From a virus, in IMG/VR virus record IMGVR_UViG_3300047510_002509: a DNA stretch of 64,000 bases; one strand, 5' to 3'. Each line of letters begins with the position of its first letter. The stretch's first letter is position 1. Below, one piece after another: positions 9,715-18,918 of the stretch. A model generated the notes under the pieces. The model had not been told where the DNA came from, did not search any database, and saw only the letters and a list, made by a program, of their open reading frames with translations. The translations under genes and the position numbers were made by a program.

Positions 9715-12048
9715 ATGTCTGCTTACAATCAAGGCCAAGAAAATTATTATGTAGACAGAGGTCTTACACCTCTACAGCCTGACATGATTGAGAAGCTTAA
9801 GCTTCAAGCCAACATTATTCTTGGTGACTTTATTTTCAACACAATCGACGAATTCGGCGTTGTCTGGGTTGTAACAGATATCGAAGGCTGGTGGGAAATG
9901 CCATCAGCAGAAATGCCTAACATCCCTAGAGGTTTTGGTGACGGCTCCTATGATGTTCAGGGTCGCTACAACGCCCGAGACCTAGTTTTAAAAGGTACTT
10001 TCCTTGTGCAGCAACCTTCTCAGGTGGAGGCCGCTCGTGACAGGTTAGTTGCCGCCTGCGACTTGGTATATAAAGGTGCTTGGCTAAAAACTGGTAATGA
10101 CCCAATCCGTGCGTCTTTTGTTCGGCTTAGTGGTGGGATTAGAGTCAACACCAGCAATCCAAGAGGTAGAACTGACTTTGAAATCGGTCTTCGTGCTGCA
10201 GACCCGATTAAGTATTCTTGGAATGATGCTAGCCCAGACGGATACACCGTATCTGAAATTCCAGCTAAAAACATATCTGTTGGATATGACGGTATAGGAA
10301 ATATTACAAATATTGGAAATTACCCTGTTCCAACCATTTTAGAAATTACTGGTCCTCTTGTATCTCCTGCAACTATCTACAACAGAACCACGGACAAGCT
10401 AATTCTTGTAACTCAGTCTCTAAAGGGAAGTATTACAAGAGCTGTAGTAAATAAACAACTTGTTTTTAACACAACAAAACTAGTAGATGTTGCAACTTTA
10501 ACTACTACAGCAAAACATGATTTTTCTGTTGGTGATAGCGTTTATGTCTCTAACGTCGGTTTTCCTTTCGATGGTCAGCACATAATCACATCTGCCCCAA
10601 CTGACACTACCTTTACATATGAACCAGAATCAGCCGTGGTAAGAGAGGTTGTTTCAAAAAGCCTTGCCAACAGTGTGGCAACAATTGAGACATCACTGCC
10701 TCACGGTTTTGGTAATGGAGACCCTGTAACAATTTCTGGTGTTGATGATTTATTTAATGGAAATTACTCAATAATTTCTGTACCGAATGAGAACAGCTTT
10801 ACTTTTTCTAAAACCCGTGTGCCACCTCAAACAGTAACTGGAAAAGTTATTGTCTCTAACATTGCAACTTTGACTACACAGAATAATCATCAGTTTATTA
10901 TTGGTGACAACGTAGCCGTATCTGGAGTAGGCGTTCCATTTGATGGATCTTATACAATCACATCTATCCCATCTTCGAACCAGTTTAGTTATGCCGCAAC
11001 TCGTACCAATGCTTTAGAGGTTGTGTCTAAATCTTTAACTGACAGACAGGCTATGCTTACTACTGCTGCTGCTCACGGTTTTGTTGTAGGTGAGAGTGTT
11101 TCAGTTTCTGGAGTAGATTCGTACTTCAATGGAAATTATGTCATTACACAAATTCCATCTTCTACCCAATTTACATATGAGAAAGTAAGTTCTAATAGAC
11201 GCTCACTGTCTGTGAAGTCTATTACTTCTAATACCGCTGTGTTGACTACTACTGCTCCACATAATTTTTTGGTTGGAGAGCAAGTTAGAGTTGTAAGCTC
11301 TGATGCAGATTTTGATGGATTTTTCACAATTACGGCTGTACCCAGCACAACTACTTTTGCCTTTGCATTAACTAAACCAAATCTTGTTCCTACTCAAATT
11401 CTAACTTCAGATTTTGTAGAACCATTCTCAAGAAAAGTTAAGTCTTTTGCAAGGACTGGAAATATTGCCACTATAACAACAACCAGCCCCCATGGATATT
11501 TTGTTGGTGCAACTTTAAATGTTCAAACTGTTAATCCTGAAGTTAACGGTGGTCAGACAGTTGCTTCTATAGTTAACGCAAACACCTTCACTTTTGTTGA
11601 TAGTGGCTCTGATATTGCTTCTTCAGAAATTCCTTCAGGGTTTGTTTCTACTTCAGGAGTTATATCTGAAACTGCAGTATCTCCTAGCGGAATTGCAACT
11701 GTTTCAGGAAGTTTACCTTTCAGCGGAGCATCTGGAACAGCCAGCGTTTCTGACACTATTCCTAAAACTCAGGCTTCTGGTAAAGCGATTAAAAAGAACG
11801 ATATTATCTTCACTCCAGGTATACAAAACGCAACAGCTGTTTTGTCTGCAGACATCCTCGAGATTGACACTAAAAATAGAGAAGTTGCTTTTAACGGAGA
11901 GGTTGAGGGTGCTCGAGGAAGAATTGATGTGCTAGCTGATTTCATAGAGCTTGCACCGGGACAAAATCAATTAGAATTCAACGATGAAGGCAACTTGGAT
12001 AGTGGAGCAAGCCTACGTATCTACTATCGCTCGGGCTGGCTAGGTTAA
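9715..12048 (+). CDS. Distal tail (Dit-like) protein with six inserted beta-repeat domains
   Basis: Follows the tape measure. N-terminal DIEGWW...AADPIKY...NIGNYP and C-terminal LAPGQNQL..YRSGW are Dit-like. ATG at 9715 preferred to the tracked start. Confidence 0.75.
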   Translation: MSAYNQGQENYYVDRGLTPLQPDMIEKLKLQANIILGDFIFNTIDEFGVVWVVTDIEGWWEMPSAEMPNIPRGFGDGSYDVQGRYNARDLVLKGTFLVQQPSQVEAARDRLVAACDLVYKGAWLKTGNDPIRASFVRLSGGIRVNTSNPRGRTDFEIGLRAADPIKYSWNDASPDGYTVSEIPAKNISVGYDGIGNITNIGNYPVPTILEITGPLVSPATIYNRTTDKLILVTQSLKGSITRAVVNKQLVFNTTKLVDVATLTTTAKHDFSVGDSVYVSNVGFPFDGQHIITSAPTDTTFTYEPESAVVREVVSKSLANSVATIETSLPHGFGNGDPVTISGVDDLFNGNYSIISVPNENSFTFSKTRVPPQTVTGKVIVSNIATLTTQNNHQFIIGDNVAVSGVGVPFDGSYTITSIPSSNQFSYAATRTNALEVVSKSLTDRQAMLTTAAAHGFVVGESVSVSGVDSYFNGNYVITQIPSSTQFTYEKVSSNRRSLSVKSITSNTAVLTTTAPHNFLVGEQVRVVSSDADFDGFFTITAVPSTTTFAFALTKPNLVPTQILTSDFVEPFSRKVKSFARTGNIATITTTSPHGYFVGATLNVQTVNPEVNGGQTVASIVNANTFTFVDSGSDIASSEIPSGFVSTSGVISETAVSPSGIATVSGSLPFSGASGTASVSDTIPKTQASGKAIKKNDIIFTPGIQNATAVLSADILEIDTKNREVAFNGEVEGARGRIDVLADFIELAPGQNQLEFNDEGNLDSGASLRIYYRSGWLG

Positions 12049-12062
12049 AGGACTAAACATCA

Positions 12063-14060
12063 ATGACACTACAGACAAACGTCGAGTACAGATACTTTTT
12101 AACAGACCTTCTGTCCAATACTATTATTTCAGAAGTCCCATTTAAAAATGTTTCATACGAAAGAACTAACAGAAAAGCGGGTGCTTTTTCTGGAACTATC
12201 CCCTTTATTGAAACTACAAAAGCTTTAGATTTATACGAATCCACTATGCCAGGAAGAACTGGTCTTTATGTTATGCGTAACGGGGTTTGCGTGTGGGGTG
12301 GGATGATTTGGGCTAGACAATATAACGTAGCTAGCCAAGAGCTAACAGTTGATGGGGCAGAATTTACTAGCTATCTCTACCACAGAAACATTTGGCAGAC
12401 TGTTATCTATGGGTCAGAATATATTGGGGTGACTAACTACAACGTATTAAACGGTGTAGCAACAGTAACTACAGAAGCTGCCCATGGGTTTTCTGTTGGT
12501 CAATTTGTAAGAATTACTACTGTAAATCCATCAGTAGACGGCACCCACCAAATAACTTCTATTCCAGCGGCAAATCAGTTTGTCTATTCAAGTGCTTCTT
12601 CTAACGTTACTGGGGTAAGTACTTCTGGTGCTTGTAGATTATTGGCTGATACATATGATGTAGCTAGAGATTTAATCTACAGAATAAATACTGATTTAGG
12701 TGGAGTTAATTTTTCTAATGAATATATCAGACCTGCAAAAGACTATGAATCTCCAATAAATCAAAAACAACGTTCTGCTAACGTTGTGACGATTACTACA
12801 GACTCTGATCACGATATTATCGTGGGCCAAGAAGTAACTCTTTATGAAGTGGGATCCGAAATGGATGGCACACACTTTGTGAGTGAAGTTCCATCAAAAA
12901 GAACTTTTAGGTTCTTTTTAAATGGTGCTGACATACCGCCAACTCCTGTTTCTCAAATTAGAACTTACAACGTAATTAGTAAGTCCATAACAAATGGAGT
13001 CGCCGAGCTAGTTCTTGATAGACCGCATGGTGCAACGGTGGGTCAAACAGCTTTTATATCTGGAGTGGATGGGTTTTTTACTGGTCTTCTAGACTCTACT
13101 TACAATGGAAGAGTAACAATTAGCGCAGTGCCTACTCCAAATTCTTTTAGGTATGTAAATAACGCTATATTAAATCAAGGTATAACTTCTGTATCTGGCG
13201 GAACCGCTGTACTTGGTGGAAAAGTTGTTTGGGGAGACTTTGGAAGTTACACATCAAACTCAGATATCGGTATAACTTTTGAAGAAGCTATTCAAAGCGG
13301 AATTTATAGAGACACTCTTATATTTAGAGGCTACCAACAAAGAACAGTTGGAGAAATTTTAGAAGAGTACTCAAATTCTGTGGACGGCCCTTTCGAGTAT
13401 CGAATCGACTGCGACTATAACTACGACACTGCATCTTTTTCTCGTACTTTTGTGTTATTCCCTAGCACAATTAGCACTCCTCCATCAAATGGAGAGTATT
13501 ACTCTGCTCAAGAGCTTGGAGCAGATAAAATTGTGTTTGAGTATCCGGGAAGTATTATGACGTTTACTATTGACGAGTCAGCTGAAGAAGCTGCAACTCG
13601 ATTCTTTGTTGTAGGTCGTATCGAGGACATGAATGATGACGCAAGTCAGCCATATGGTGGCGCAGCTGAGCGTTCATATCTTTCTAACACTAAAGGTAGA
13701 AGTTGGCCTCTGCTAGACCAAGTAGAGCAATTAGATGGCATAGAAGACGAGCAAACTTTATGGTCTTACGCAAAAGACTACCTCTATGAATCTTTACCTC
13801 CTATCGGTACATACAGCGTTCAAGTAAATGGCTCTTTATCACCGCTAATTGGTTCATATTTTCCGGGGGATTGGTGCTCTCTCATTATCGATGACGAGTT
13901 TGTAAGACAGCGGCTTGCTAATGACCAAGAGCCTAGAGACGACATTCTTATTAGAAAAATAGAGTCCTATAAAGTATCCGTTCCTGACAGTCCCACTTTC
14001 CCAGAGACGGTAGATTTAGTTCTAGTGACAGATTGGAAGGCAGACAGCAATGGCGAGTAG
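12063..14060 (+). CDS. Minor tail / baseplate hub (Tal-like) protein with three beta-repeat inserts
   Basis: YRYFLTDL, RNGVCVWGGMIW, FEYPGSI, WPLLD and YFPGD motifs plus position after Dit. Confidence 0.7.
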   Translation: MTLQTNVEYRYFLTDLLSNTIISEVPFKNVSYERTNRKAGAFSGTIPFIETTKALDLYESTMPGRTGLYVMRNGVCVWGGMIWARQYNVASQELTVDGAEFTSYLYHRNIWQTVIYGSEYIGVTNYNVLNGVATVTTEAAHGFSVGQFVRITTVNPSVDGTHQITSIPAANQFVYSSASSNVTGVSTSGACRLLADTYDVARDLIYRINTDLGGVNFSNEYIRPAKDYESPINQKQRSANVVTITTDSDHDIIVGQEVTLYEVGSEMDGTHFVSEVPSKRTFRFFLNGADIPPTPVSQIRTYNVISKSITNGVAELVLDRPHGATVGQTAFISGVDGFFTGLLDSTYNGRVTISAVPTPNSFRYVNNAILNQGITSVSGGTAVLGGKVVWGDFGSYTSNSDIGITFEEAIQSGIYRDTLIFRGYQQRTVGEILEEYSNSVDGPFEYRIDCDYNYDTASFSRTFVLFPSTISTPPSNGEYYSAQELGADKIVFEYPGSIMTFTIDESAEEAATRFFVVGRIEDMNDDASQPYGGAAERSYLSNTKGRSWPLLDQVEQLDGIEDEQTLWSYAKDYLYESLPPIGTYSVQVNGSLSPLIGSYFPGDWCSLIIDDEFVRQRLANDQEPRDDILIRKIESYKVSVPDSPTFPETVDLVLVTDWKADSNGE

Positions 14061-15594
14061 AAGACGCAGTAGAAGCAGAACCCTTACTGGTTCCATATCC
14101 GATGTTCAACGTCGGCTTAAATATCTAGAAGGTAGACCTTCTCCTTCTAGGCTTGGAAGCTACTCTGTAAAACAGAACAATCTGCAGCCTCGTTCTGTTG
14201 CTGCAGATCAACTTGCAATTGGTGCTGTAATACAGACAAGTATTGCAGATGGCGCAGTCGGGTCCCTTGCTATTGGAACAGATGCAGTAGGTTTTGATGA
14301 GTTAGATAGAGATGCAGTAGATGCAGAAAATGTTAGAGAAAATGCTATTGGAACTAGCGAGCTAAGTTTAGACGCCGTCTACAGAGAAAATATTCTTACA
14401 GATGCAGTAGGAAATAATGAGATCGCCACGGATGCGGTTGGAACATCAGAGATAGTTTTTGACTCTATCGGAACCAGCGAGCTAAATGTGGATGCTGTTT
14501 ACAGAGAGAATCTAATAACTGATGCTGTTGGTAATGATGAAATTGCTACAGATGCGGTCGGGACCTCAGAAATTGCTCAGGGGTCTGTTAGAGCAGATGA
14601 GATTGACACAGACGCCGTAGGGTCCTCGGAGATTGGTTTAGATGCAGTTGGACTGTCTGAGCTTGCAAATGACTCTGTAGATACAGCTGCTATTAGAGAT
14701 GGTGCCGTCACTAATGCCAAAATTTTTGACGTTGCTGGACCAAAAATTACTGGGACTATTAGTGCTTCAGTAGTCCCATTATTGAATTCATCTTCAATCC
14801 CAAGTTTAGATGCAGGAAAGATTACTAGTGGTGAATTCAGCATATCTAGAATTCCAAATCTTACCGCAAATAAAATTACATCAGGTACCCTTTTTACTTC
14901 TGTAATTCCTAGTTTAGATGCTTCAAAAATTACATCAGGTACTTTTGGTTCTGGAAGAATTCCAGACTTATCGGCTTCAAAAATTACATCAGGTACTTTT
15001 AGTTCTGCTCGTATACCTTCTCTAGATGCTAGTAAAATTACCTCTGGTAAATTTACAGTTGATAGACTTTATCTCGGTGGTGGTTCTCAACAGGTTGCCG
15101 CAGGTAACCATACACATACATCTGGAAGCGTTCCTGCTCACAGCCACTCATTTCTAGGCGGTAGCATTGTAACTGCTGCTGGTTCTTTATCTGGTCACAG
15201 CCACTTAGGTAGAGACGGTAGTCACCTTCACGGTCTTACAGTCACAGGTATTGTTGGTGGAGTAAGTAGTTCGAGTCGTAGATTTAAAAAAGATATTTCT
15301 GACTACGAAATTGATCCAAAAAAGATTCTTAATTTAAAACTAAAAAGATATAAATACAAAGAGCTAGTAGACCACGATCAAAAAGCTTTAAATCGAGAGT
15401 GGATGTATGGCTACATGGCAGAGGATGTTCTCGAAAGTGGTATAGAAGAAATTGTTGCGTATAATGAAAAACAAGAGCCTATTGCCCTTAATTATGGTCT
15501 TCTTTCGACACTTGTTGTCGAACTCCTAAAAACCCAGCAGGGTGAGATAGAATCTCTCAAAGAAGAGATTCAAAGACTAAAGGATGCAAAATGA
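14050..15594 (+). CDS. Tail fibre with C-terminal intramolecular chaperone (peptidase S74-like)
   Basis: Decapeptide repeats (DAVGTSEIAx) and 19-aa repeats (IPSLDASKITSGTF). SSRRFKKDI cleavage motif, YGYMAEDV and a terminal coiled coil. Confidence 0.8.
   Translation: MASRRRSRSRTLTGSISDVQRRLKYLEGRPSPSRLGSYSVKQNNLQPRSVAADQLAIGAVIQTSIADGAVGSLAIGTDAVGFDELDRDAVDAENVRENAIGTSELSLDAVYRENILTDAVGNNEIATDAVGTSEIVFDSIGTSELNVDAVYRENLITDAVGNDEIATDAVGTSEIAQGSVRADEIDTDAVGSSEIGLDAVGLSELANDSVDTAAIRDGAVTNAKIFDVAGPKITGTISASVVPLLNSSSIPSLDAGKITSGEFSISRIPNLTANKITSGTLFTSVIPSLDASKITSGTFGSGRIPDLSASKITSGTFSSARIPSLDASKITSGKFTVDRLYLGGGSQQVAAGNHTHTSGSVPAHSHSFLGGSIVTAAGSLSGHSHLGRDGSHLHGLTVTGIVGGVSSSSRRFKKDISDYEIDPKKILNLKLKRYKYKELVDHDQKALNREWMYGYMAEDVLESGIEEIVAYNEKQEPIALNYGLLSTLVVELLKTQQGEIESLKEEIQRLKDAK
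14344..14570 (+). repeat. Diverged 120-bp (40 aa) tandem duplication in tail fibre
   Basis: IGTSELSLDAVYRENILTDAVGNNEIATDAVGTSEI is repeated as IGTSELNVDAVYRENLITDAVGNDEIATDAVGTSEI. Confidence 0.8.
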
Positions 15595-16061
15595 TAGAAT
15601 ACGTTTCAAACTTTTATGAAAAAGAAAAACGTCCTGTTATCTGTAAAAAATTTGTTGCAGAAAATGGAGAAGAGTCTCATACCGTAATCAACGTAGGGAA
15701 TGAGACAGAACTTTCCTCTATATCTGCAGAAATAATTTACTCTCACATGGACAATGTTCTTAGATATCTTGATGCAAAAATAGATGACATGACTTTAGTT
15801 CAACTAAATGAGCTAGGCCATCAAGAACCTTGGCCCATCAAAGGATGGTCAGAGGTTGAATGGTGTCAAAATGAAATTGTTATGTGGTGGAACTACATCT
15901 ACTACAAAGATTTTGATGCCCGTGTGCAAGCCTATCTAACTGCTGAATATGACGCTGCTGTAGCTCATTTTCTAGAAGATCATGAAGTTCAAGACCACAC
16001 TCATGACCCTGAAACTGGAGAAGAAATCCCCAACCCACCTGCAGAGGAGACCCCCGCATAA
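15591..16061 (+). CDS. Hypothetical protein (possible fibre assembly factor)
   Basis: 156 aa acidic ORF overlapping the fibre stop codon (ATGA). Confidence 0.6.
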   Translation: MIEYVSNFYEKEKRPVICKKFVAENGEESHTVINVGNETELSSISAEIIYSHMDNVLRYLDAKIDDMTLVQLNELGHQEPWPIKGWSEVEWCQNEIVMWWNYIYYKDFDARVQAYLTAEYDAAVAHFLEDHEVQDHTHDPETGEEIPNPPAEETPA

Positions 16062-16531
16062 TGTATGAAGTAAAGGACGGTTCTCGCACCCTCCAATTTA
16101 GTGGTCGACTTCTTGGTGAATCATCTTCATGGCGTCGTGGCTCTACAAGGTGGATTGAGTTTAAGCTTTACAAAACCGAAAATGGTTCTTATATTCTTTC
16201 TAGAGTTGGAGTTTCACTAGTTTTTCACGGGGCTGCTTGCCCTCTTGTCAAAAGGTATGCACTTGTGGAAGCTTCCTCAGAAGAGTTAAAAGAAGACTCT
16301 CTACCATGCGAAGAATGCTACCCAAGTAAAAACCTTCCTGTAATTTTTCCAGAGAAGGACAGAACTTGGGCTCAAGTTTCCGAAGACCCCGAACCTGTGT
16401 TAGACGCTCTTTACAAGTATGATGCTGGTGGGGCAAGATATCTAACTCACGTGGCCCAAAGACTTCTCGAGCAAGCCTCCAGATATGATGAAAAAATAGA
16501 ATCAATCTATAGAATAGAGATGATTCCTTAG
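16061..16531 (+). CDS. Hypothetical protein with H/C..CxxC motif
   Basis: 156 aa coupled ORF containing HGAAC and PCEECYP. Confidence 0.6.
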   Translation: MYEVKDGSRTLQFSGRLLGESSSWRRGSTRWIEFKLYKTENGSYILSRVGVSLVFHGAACPLVKRYALVEASSEELKEDSLPCEECYPSKNLPVIFPEKDRTWAQVSEDPEPVLDALYKYDAGGARYLTHVAQRLLEQASRYDEKIESIYRIEMIP

Positions 16532-16545
16532 AAGAGAGACTGTAA

Positions 16546-18372
16546 GTGACTGAGAGACGAGATTTAACAGGGGTTCAACTAAAACTAGTTGATTCTGTAG
16601 AAAAAGCGCAAGAGTTTCTTGCTTGGCTGGGTGAACGACGTCCTTATAACGCCATTGCAATTGACACAGAAACTGGAGAACTTCCAGGCGGTCAACGCAA
16701 GGATGCGTTATCTCCTTGGCATGGTCAGCTTCGTTTAGTTCAAGTGGGCGACGGTATGACTGGTTGGTCTATACCGTGGGAAGAATGGAATGGCGTTTTC
16801 TACGAAGCCATGTCTAGATTTGATGGACCTATTGTTTGTCACAATATTGCATTTGAGGCCCGTTGGTTTGAGATTAAATCGAAGTGGCGTATTCCTTGGG
16901 ACCGTGCACACGACACAATGATTATGGCTCACATTGTTGATCCTCTAGGTTCAGGCGCTTTGAAAGAACTTTCTGCTCGATATATTGACCCCTACGCTGC
17001 ACATTTACAAAGCAAACTTGATGAAGAACTTGCTGCAAACGGGTGGACTTGGGGAACAGTTCCTATTTCATTTGAACCTTTTTGGTCTTATGGTGCACTA
17101 GATACAGTTCTAACTATGCGTCTTTGGGAAATGTTTTGGGAAAAATGTGGACCAAATGGTCCGTACAGTCGTGCATATGAACTAGAGATGGGTGCTAGAA
17201 AAGTAGTCACTCGAATGGAAATTAACGGGGCAACTGTTGATGTTGACTATTCGAAAAAGAAGTATGAAGAACTTCTTGATTACACAGAAAAAACAAAACT
17301 TTGGGCGTTTAACAAGTTTGGTGGTTCTATAACTAGCAATCAGCAACTAGTAAGAATGCTTGAAGATTTGGGAGCAGAGATAACAGAATTCACTGCTTCT
17401 GGTCAAAAGTCTGCTGCCAAAGACCAGCTAGATAAACTTGTAATTGATGGCAATCCTGAAGTAAAAGAATTAGCCGAAATAGTTCTTCAAGTCCGCAAGG
17501 CTGAAAAACTTGCTAGCACATACTTTTTGAACTTTATCAACATGAACATAAACGGTGTTCTGCATCCATCTATTAAAACCGTTGCGGCTAGAACATCACG
17601 TATGTCTATTACTGACCCTGCTCTGCAAACCCTGCCAAAGGGAGATGCAACTGTGCGCCGTGCATTTATTCCAAAAGACCCCGACCATGTGATTATTACT
17701 TCAGACCTTGACCAAGTTGAGTTCCGCATGTTTGCATCACTATCTGGCGATGACAATCTTATTAATTTGTTCAACATGGCAGATGCAACTGGCTCGGATC
17801 CATTCACAGAAATTGGTCGTCAGGTGTATCAAGACCCAACTATGCAAAAATCAGATAAGCGGCGTAACTTAATTAAGGGCGTTGTGTATGGTCGGTTGTA
17901 TGGTGCTGGTGTATCAAAACAAGCTCTTACTGCTGGTGTGCCAGAAGTTCAAATGAGGTCTGTTTCTGATTCTTTTGATATTAACTATCCAGGAATGGCA
18001 ATGTTTCAAAAACAAATTGACAACATAGGACAGCGTCGTTTCCGCGAGGAAGGTCAAGGCTATGTACACACATGGACTGGACGTCGAATCCCTTGCGACG
18101 ATGACCGCACCTACACACTTGTGAACTATTTGATTCAGGGTGGTGCAGCTGAAGTGTTTAAATCAAACCTTCTCAAGCTAGACCAAGCAGATTTAACGGA
18201 TTATTTAATTGTTCCAGTACACGATGAAATTGTGCTTCAAGCTCCCAAAGAAGACGCTGAAGAAATTAAAAAACTAGTGAGGGAATGTATGACAACTAGA
18301 GAAGGTTGGGCTGTACCTCTCACAGCTGATGTAGACGGACCATTAAAGAACTGGGGTCAAAAATATGAATAG
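16546..18372 (+). CDS. polA: DNA polymerase family A (3'-5' exonuclease + polymerase)
   Basis: Exonuclease motifs AIDTETG, HNIAFE, YGALD. Polymerase motifs DLDQVEFR, RRNLIKGVVYGRLYG, NYLIQG, VHDEI. Confidence 0.95.
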   Translation: MTERRDLTGVQLKLVDSVEKAQEFLAWLGERRPYNAIAIDTETGELPGGQRKDALSPWHGQLRLVQVGDGMTGWSIPWEEWNGVFYEAMSRFDGPIVCHNIAFEARWFEIKSKWRIPWDRAHDTMIMAHIVDPLGSGALKELSARYIDPYAAHLQSKLDEELAANGWTWGTVPISFEPFWSYGALDTVLTMRLWEMFWEKCGPNGPYSRAYELEMGARKVVTRMEINGATVDVDYSKKKYEELLDYTEKTKLWAFNKFGGSITSNQQLVRMLEDLGAEITEFTASGQKSAAKDQLDKLVIDGNPEVKELAEIVLQVRKAEKLASTYFLNFINMNINGVLHPSIKTVAARTSRMSITDPALQTLPKGDATVRRAFIPKDPDHVIITSDLDQVEFRMFASLSGDDNLINLFNMADATGSDPFTEIGRQVYQDPTMQKSDKRRNLIKGVVYGRLYGAGVSKQALTAGVPEVQMRSVSDSFDINYPGMAMFQKQIDNIGQRRFREEGQGYVHTWTGRRIPCDDDRTYTLVNYLIQGGAAEVFKSNLLKLDQADLTDYLIVPVHDEIVLQAPKEDAEEIKKLVRECMTTREGWAVPLTADVDGPLKNWGQKYE

Positions 18373-18850
18373 TAATTTTGCTGTTGTCTCTGTTGACCCA
18401 GGTAAAGCAAGTGGTATTGCACTTATAACTTGGAGCGGCGGGGAGCAAGACTTGCCAGTCAAAACCTACTCGATGGAATCTCAACCAGAAGATTTTGCAT
18501 CAGACGTTAGGGCTGTTCTGGCTCAGGCGAAGGTTGCACCATCCGTAAAAGTCGTCTGTGAAAGATTTATTATAAATGCAGCCACAGTTAGAAACAGTCA
18601 AGCTCCCTACTCTTTAGAGCAAATAGGGGTTTTAAAGCACATTTGCAGAGAGTCAGGCTATCCCGTTGAAGAGATTTGGATGCAAAACCCTGTAGATGCT
18701 AAAAATATGTTCCCAAACGAAGCCCTAAAAAAGATAGGAACTTGGCATGTTGGTGGAGAAGGTCATGCTAATGATGCAATACGACACGCCCTACTAGCCT
18801 TAGCAAAGCAAGGTTGGATTCCTCGTGTACTCTTAGACAAAGGAAAATAA
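18365..18850 (+). CDS. RuvC-like Holliday junction resolvase
   Basis: VSVDPGKASG, VVCERF and HANDAIRH acidic active-site motifs. Confidence 0.75.
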   Translation: MNSNFAVVSVDPGKASGIALITWSGGEQDLPVKTYSMESQPEDFASDVRAVLAQAKVAPSVKVVCERFIINAATVRNSQAPYSLEQIGVLKHICRESGYPVEEIWMQNPVDAKNMFPNEALKKIGTWHVGGEGHANDAIRHALLALAKQGWIPRVLLDKGK

Positions 18851-18918
18851 CTATTAAGATTTAAAAAGTTTTTTAGTTTTTTGTGATAGTATCTAGACAT
18901 AGCGACAGAAGGTGACAA

